Assembly: GCA_965140705.1 (NCBI GenBank)
Contig: OZ223302.1
Span: 192,001 to 256,000 of the forward strand
Origin: an uncultured Arcobacter sp.
GTDB taxonomy: Bacteria; Campylobacterota; Campylobacteria; Campylobacterales; Arcobacteraceae
DNA length: 64,000 nt
Direction of reading: 5' to 3'
Each line of letters begins with the position of its first letter. Positions within the stretch are counted from its first letter, which is position 1. The notes under the pieces were generated by a model. It was not told where the DNA came from and did no database searches. It worked only from the letters and a program-made list of their open reading frames with translations. Shown here in pieces: positions 60,229 to 64,000 of this stretch. Made by a program: the position numbers and the translations under genes.

Positions 60229-62088
60229 ATGTCTTCAAAAAACATAAACAAAATTACTAGAATTAAAAAAATTTTTATAATACTTATTTTTATTTTCTTA
60301 AGCATAATACTTTTACTCTCAAATGTCTTCTTTACTATTACAGATAAAAGAAGGCTTCCTAATTTAGAAAGTAGTAAAACAGAACTTGCAATAAGAGGAA
60401 ATATATTAAGTGAAGATAATTTTAAAATTGCTTCTTCGATAAAATTATACAAAGCAACAATAGACACTAGATTTTTGGATATAAAAAAAATAGATCTATT
60501 TGTAAAACTTTTTTCTATCTATAGTGATATTCCTGAAGCTAAAATATATGAAAAGGTAACAGAATCTCTCAAAAATCCAGGTTCAATTGTTCTTTCGTAT
60601 AATATTGATTCAAAAACTGCAAAAAACTTAAAAGAGTTAGGCTTTAAACTAAGACATTTAAATGTTTTCAAATCTATAGAAATCAATGATAATAAGATAT
60701 TAAGAGGATTAAATATAAATGAAAGTGGAGAAAAAAGATTATATTCATATGAAGATACTTTAACTCCAGTTATTGGTTACATAAGAAAATATGAAACTGA
60801 CAATGGGAAAACAAAAGTTAATGGAATTAAAGGATTAGAAAAAAGTTATAACAGTGTATTAAATAATACAAAAGATGGAAAATTAGAGGGAACAAGAGAT
60901 GTCCTTTCTTATATCTCTTTTAACAAAAATTCAATTATACAAAATAGAGTTGATGGTGCAGATTTAATTTTAAATATACCTCTTAGACTCCAAAAAAACT
61001 TGGAACTTATGCTTGATAAATTCAAAACAAAATTAAGTGCAGATGAAATCATAGTCTCAGTAATGGAGAGTTCTACAGGTAAAATAAAAGCTTTAGCTTC
61101 ATCAAATAGATTTAATCCGGGATTAATAAGACAAACAGATATACCTTACTTAGATGTAAGTGCTATAGAGTTTTTATTTGAACCAGGTTCAATTATAAAG
61201 CCTATTTCTATCTCACTTGTTATGGATAAAAATAGAATCAAAAAAAATGAACTATTTAATGCATACAATAAGGGGAAAGTAAACTCAAAGGGTGAATATC
61301 CAAGGGGAAAATATAAACTTGGTAGATTTACTATTGGAGATGATCACGAATTTACAAAACATTATTTAACAGTTGATGATATCTTTATTTATTCTAGTAA
61401 TATAGGAACTTTACAATTAGCTCAAAGATTGAGTGGTAAAGAGATGTATGAAGGTCTTAAAAGTTTTGGAATAACAGAAAAAACACAAATAGATTTACCC
61501 TATGAAAAAGTTGGAGTAATGCCAACTATAAGACAATTTTCTGCTGGTGAAGATAAAGGTGAAGACAATGTTTTTAAAGCAACAATTTCATATGGGCAAG
61601 GTATGACAGCTACTTTTATGCAAATGCTTAAAGCTTATTCTGCTTTTAATAATGAAGGAGTAATAGTAACACCAAAAATTGTTCAAAGTTTATCAGTAAA
61701 TGATAAAAAAGTTAGTTTAGCAGATGACACTAAAAAAAGAGTGATTTCTAAAAAAACAGCCCATGAAATAAAAAGGTTACTTATAAAAACAATATCACAA
61801 GGTACAGGAGTTAATGCTCAAATTGATGGTATTGAAGTTGGTGGTAAAACAGGAACCGCACAAATTGCAAGACATGGGAAATATCAAGATATATATATTT
61901 CATCATTTTTTGGTTTTGCAAATGACAAAAATAAAAAATACACAATAGGAGTAACAGTAATAAATCCAATATCTACAGGAAAATATTGGTACTACCATTA
62001 TGCTTCATGGTCAGCTGTTCCTGTTTTCAAAGAAGTAGTTAATAATCTTGTTAAACTTGGCTATCTAAATAAGAGTACAGATAACTAA
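60229..62088 (+). CDS. ftsI: Class B penicillin-binding protein (FtsI/PBP3-like)
   Basis: RGNI, GIKGLEK, EPGSIIK, SSN, KTGTAQ. Confidence 0.82.
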   Translation: MSSKNINKITRIKKIFIILIFIFLSIILLLSNVFFTITDKRRLPNLESSKTELAIRGNILSEDNFKIASSIKLYKATIDTRFLDIKKIDLFVKLFSIYSDIPEAKIYEKVTESLKNPGSIVLSYNIDSKTAKNLKELGFKLRHLNVFKSIEINDNKILRGLNINESGEKRLYSYEDTLTPVIGYIRKYETDNGKTKVNGIKGLEKSYNSVLNNTKDGKLEGTRDVLSYISFNKNSIIQNRVDGADLILNIPLRLQKNLELMLDKFKTKLSADEIIVSVMESSTGKIKALASSNRFNPGLIRQTDIPYLDVSAIEFLFEPGSIIKPISISLVMDKNRIKKNELFNAYNKGKVNSKGEYPRGKYKLGRFTIGDDHEFTKHYLTVDDIFIYSSNIGTLQLAQRLSGKEMYEGLKSFGITEKTQIDLPYEKVGVMPTIRQFSAGEDKGEDNVFKATISYGQGMTATFMQMLKAYSAFNNEGVIVTPKIVQSLSVNDKKVSLADDTKKRVISKKTAHEIKRLLIKTISQGTGVNAQIDGIEVGGKTGTAQIARHGKYQDIYISSFFGFANDKNKKYTIGVTVINPISTGKYWYYHYASWSAVPVFKEVVNNLVKLGYLNKSTDN

Positions 62089-62148
62089 CTTATTTAATCT
62101 CTTTAATACAGAAAATTGATATAATTCCATAAATTAAAAAGGATAAAA

Positions 62149-62664
62149 ATGTTTGGATTTAAAAAAGATTTAAAAAAATACGATTTACCAAAAGAAGAGT
62201 TAGAAAAATTTCAATATGCAAAAATTACAACAGATAAAGGTGTAATTTTAGTTAAATTATTTCCAGAATCAACGCCAATTGCTGTATCAAATTTTGCAAC
62301 ACTGGCTAATGATGGTTATTACAATGGATTAATTTTCCACAGAGTAATTCCTGGATTTATGGCACAAGGTGGATGTCCAGATGGTTCTGGAATGGGTGGT
62401 CCAGGTTGGGCTATTCCTTGTGAAACTGATGCTCCTAATCAAATTCATAAAAGAGGTACATTGTCAATGGCACATGCAGGAAGAGATACTGGGGGAAGCC
62501 AATTTTTCATCTGTTTCGTACCTTGTCCTCATTTAGATGGAGGACATACAGTTTTTGGAGGTATTGAAGAGAATGACTCTGAAAGTTTTGAAACACTAGA
62601 TGCGATTAAACAAAATGATAAAATCATTTCTATAGAAATTTTAGCATCAAAAGATGATAAATAA
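62149..62664 (+). CDS. Cyclophilin-type peptidyl-prolyl isomerase
   Basis: FHRVIPGFMAQGG, LSMAHAG, GSQFFI, HLDGGHTVFG. Confidence 0.95.
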   Translation: MFGFKKDLKKYDLPKEELEKFQYAKITTDKGVILVKLFPESTPIAVSNFATLANDGYYNGLIFHRVIPGFMAQGGCPDGSGMGGPGWAIPCETDAPNQIHKRGTLSMAHAGRDTGGSQFFICFVPCPHLDGGHTVFGGIEENDSESFETLDAIKQNDKIISIEILASKDDK

Positions 62665-63115
62665 TATAATATTATTTATTCATGTAATTTCAGCTACCGC
62701 CTGGGTTGGTGGTGGCTTGTTACTTTTTGGTATGGGTATCTATTTTAAAGACCCCAAAGTCCAAAATACAATTTACTCTCATATTGGTCCATTTTATGGA
62801 TATTTTCAATTAATTTGGCTTACGCTATTACTTATTACAGGTTTACTTTTGTTAAACCAACATAATCTCTACTCAATAATATTAACTGAAGAGTTTAAGA
62901 ATACACAACTTGGAATATTGCTTTATAGAAAATTATTCATTGTACTATTAGTTGTGATTGCTACATCTATACATATGTATGTATCGCTAAAAGCACATGG
63001 AAGAGAAAGAACTAATAGAGAAAAAATAATATCAAGAGCTTCTTCTCTTTTTATATTTATATCAAACTTCTATATTATTTGGTATGCAATAGATATATCA
63101 AAATTCTTTACATAA
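62654..63115 (+). CDS. Four-TM membrane protein, CopD-like
   Basis: HVISATAWVGG, LLLITG, KLFIV..H pattern. Confidence 0.6.
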   Translation: MINNIILFIHVISATAWVGGGLLLFGMGIYFKDPKVQNTIYSHIGPFYGYFQLIWLTLLLITGLLLLNQHNLYSIILTEEFKNTQLGILLYRKLFIVLLVVIATSIHMYVSLKAHGRERTNREKIISRASSLFIFISNFYIIWYAIDISKFFT

Positions 63116-63317
63116 ATTTTTCTAATTAGCTATATTAATAAACTAATATAAACTTTCATAAGTCCAAAATATAAAGAAGATAAAGAAGAATCTAAGAGGT
63201 AACCCTATTTAAAAGAGAAAAGAGTATATAGATTAAATATAGGATAATAAGAGATAAAAATCCAGAAAGATATAATAAATAATAAATAAAATATATCCTG
63301 TAAAAAAAGAGCTAAAA

Positions 63318-63365
63318 AAAAGCCTCTATCAAATAACTAGAAGACTAGTAATTAGATAAAGGCTT
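63318..63365 (-). terminator. Hairpin/terminator downstream of 5S rRNA
   Basis: aaagcct..tatc..actag/ctagt..gata..aggcttt followed by T-tracts on minus strand. Confidence 0.6.
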
Positions 63366-63377
63366 TAAAAACTCAAG

Positions 63378-63494
63378 AGTTGGCGACGACTTACGTTTCC
63401 ACAAGGGGACCCTGCAGTATTATCAGCGATGAAGTGCTTGACTTCCAGGTTCGGAATGGAGCTGGGTATTTCCACTTCTCTATAATCACCAACA
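63378..63494 (-). rRNA. rrf: 5S rRNA
   Basis: TGTTGGTG..CCATTCCGAAC..GATAATACT..CGCCAAC; follows 23S. Confidence 0.96.
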
Positions 63495-63671
63495 AAGTTG
63501 AGTAAAGAAAGAATAGTAAATATTCACTCTTTACTCAACTTATGTTTCTTAAAAAAGTTTACAACTTTTCCAAGGTAACATATCATCTTGAGATAGAAGT
63601 TAATGTTAAAGTCTTTACACACATACAAATTAAGTATGTACTTAATAAGATAGTAAACCAAGAAATATATA

Positions 63672-64000
<329 letters not shown>

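Noticed and set aside
63116..63310. A-rich stretch downstream of the rRNA operon as a small gene or repeat
   Set aside because: Low complexity, with no convincing ORF, SD or periodicity
63497..63539. Perfect hairpin in the 23S-5S spacer
   Set aside because: Expected rRNA precursor spacer structure; not unusual

Overview
AT-rich chromosomal window from a Campylobacterota bacterium, most likely Arcobacteraceae (separate rpoB/rpoC, futalosine-pathway mqnA, AceE-type pyruvate dehydrogenase). The core content is recN-nadK, the str operon (rpsL-rpsG-fusA), the tRNA-tuf-rpmG-secE-nusG-rplKAJL-rpoBC cluster, cell-wall and division genes, glnA, moaDE and the 3' end of an rRNA operon. About 28 kb of mixed accessory genes lie between rpoC and rpsL. 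Two things stand out. (1) A non-coding ~220-260 nt multi-stem element occurs four times, as two back-to-back A/B dyads (8106-8652 and 12879-13417). Its stems show repeated compensatory base changes and G-U wobbles on one strand. The two dyads are inverted relative to each other and bracket an MCP, an MFS transporter and a hydrolase; no transposase or recombinase is in the window. (2) Next to the first dyad is a SIR2-STAND(NB-ARC)-TPR, NLR-like putative defence protein. Its sensor region is seven near-identical 126-bp repeats whose variation is mostly amino-acid-changing. All calls come from reading the sequence and the supplied ORF track; no database search or folding program was run.
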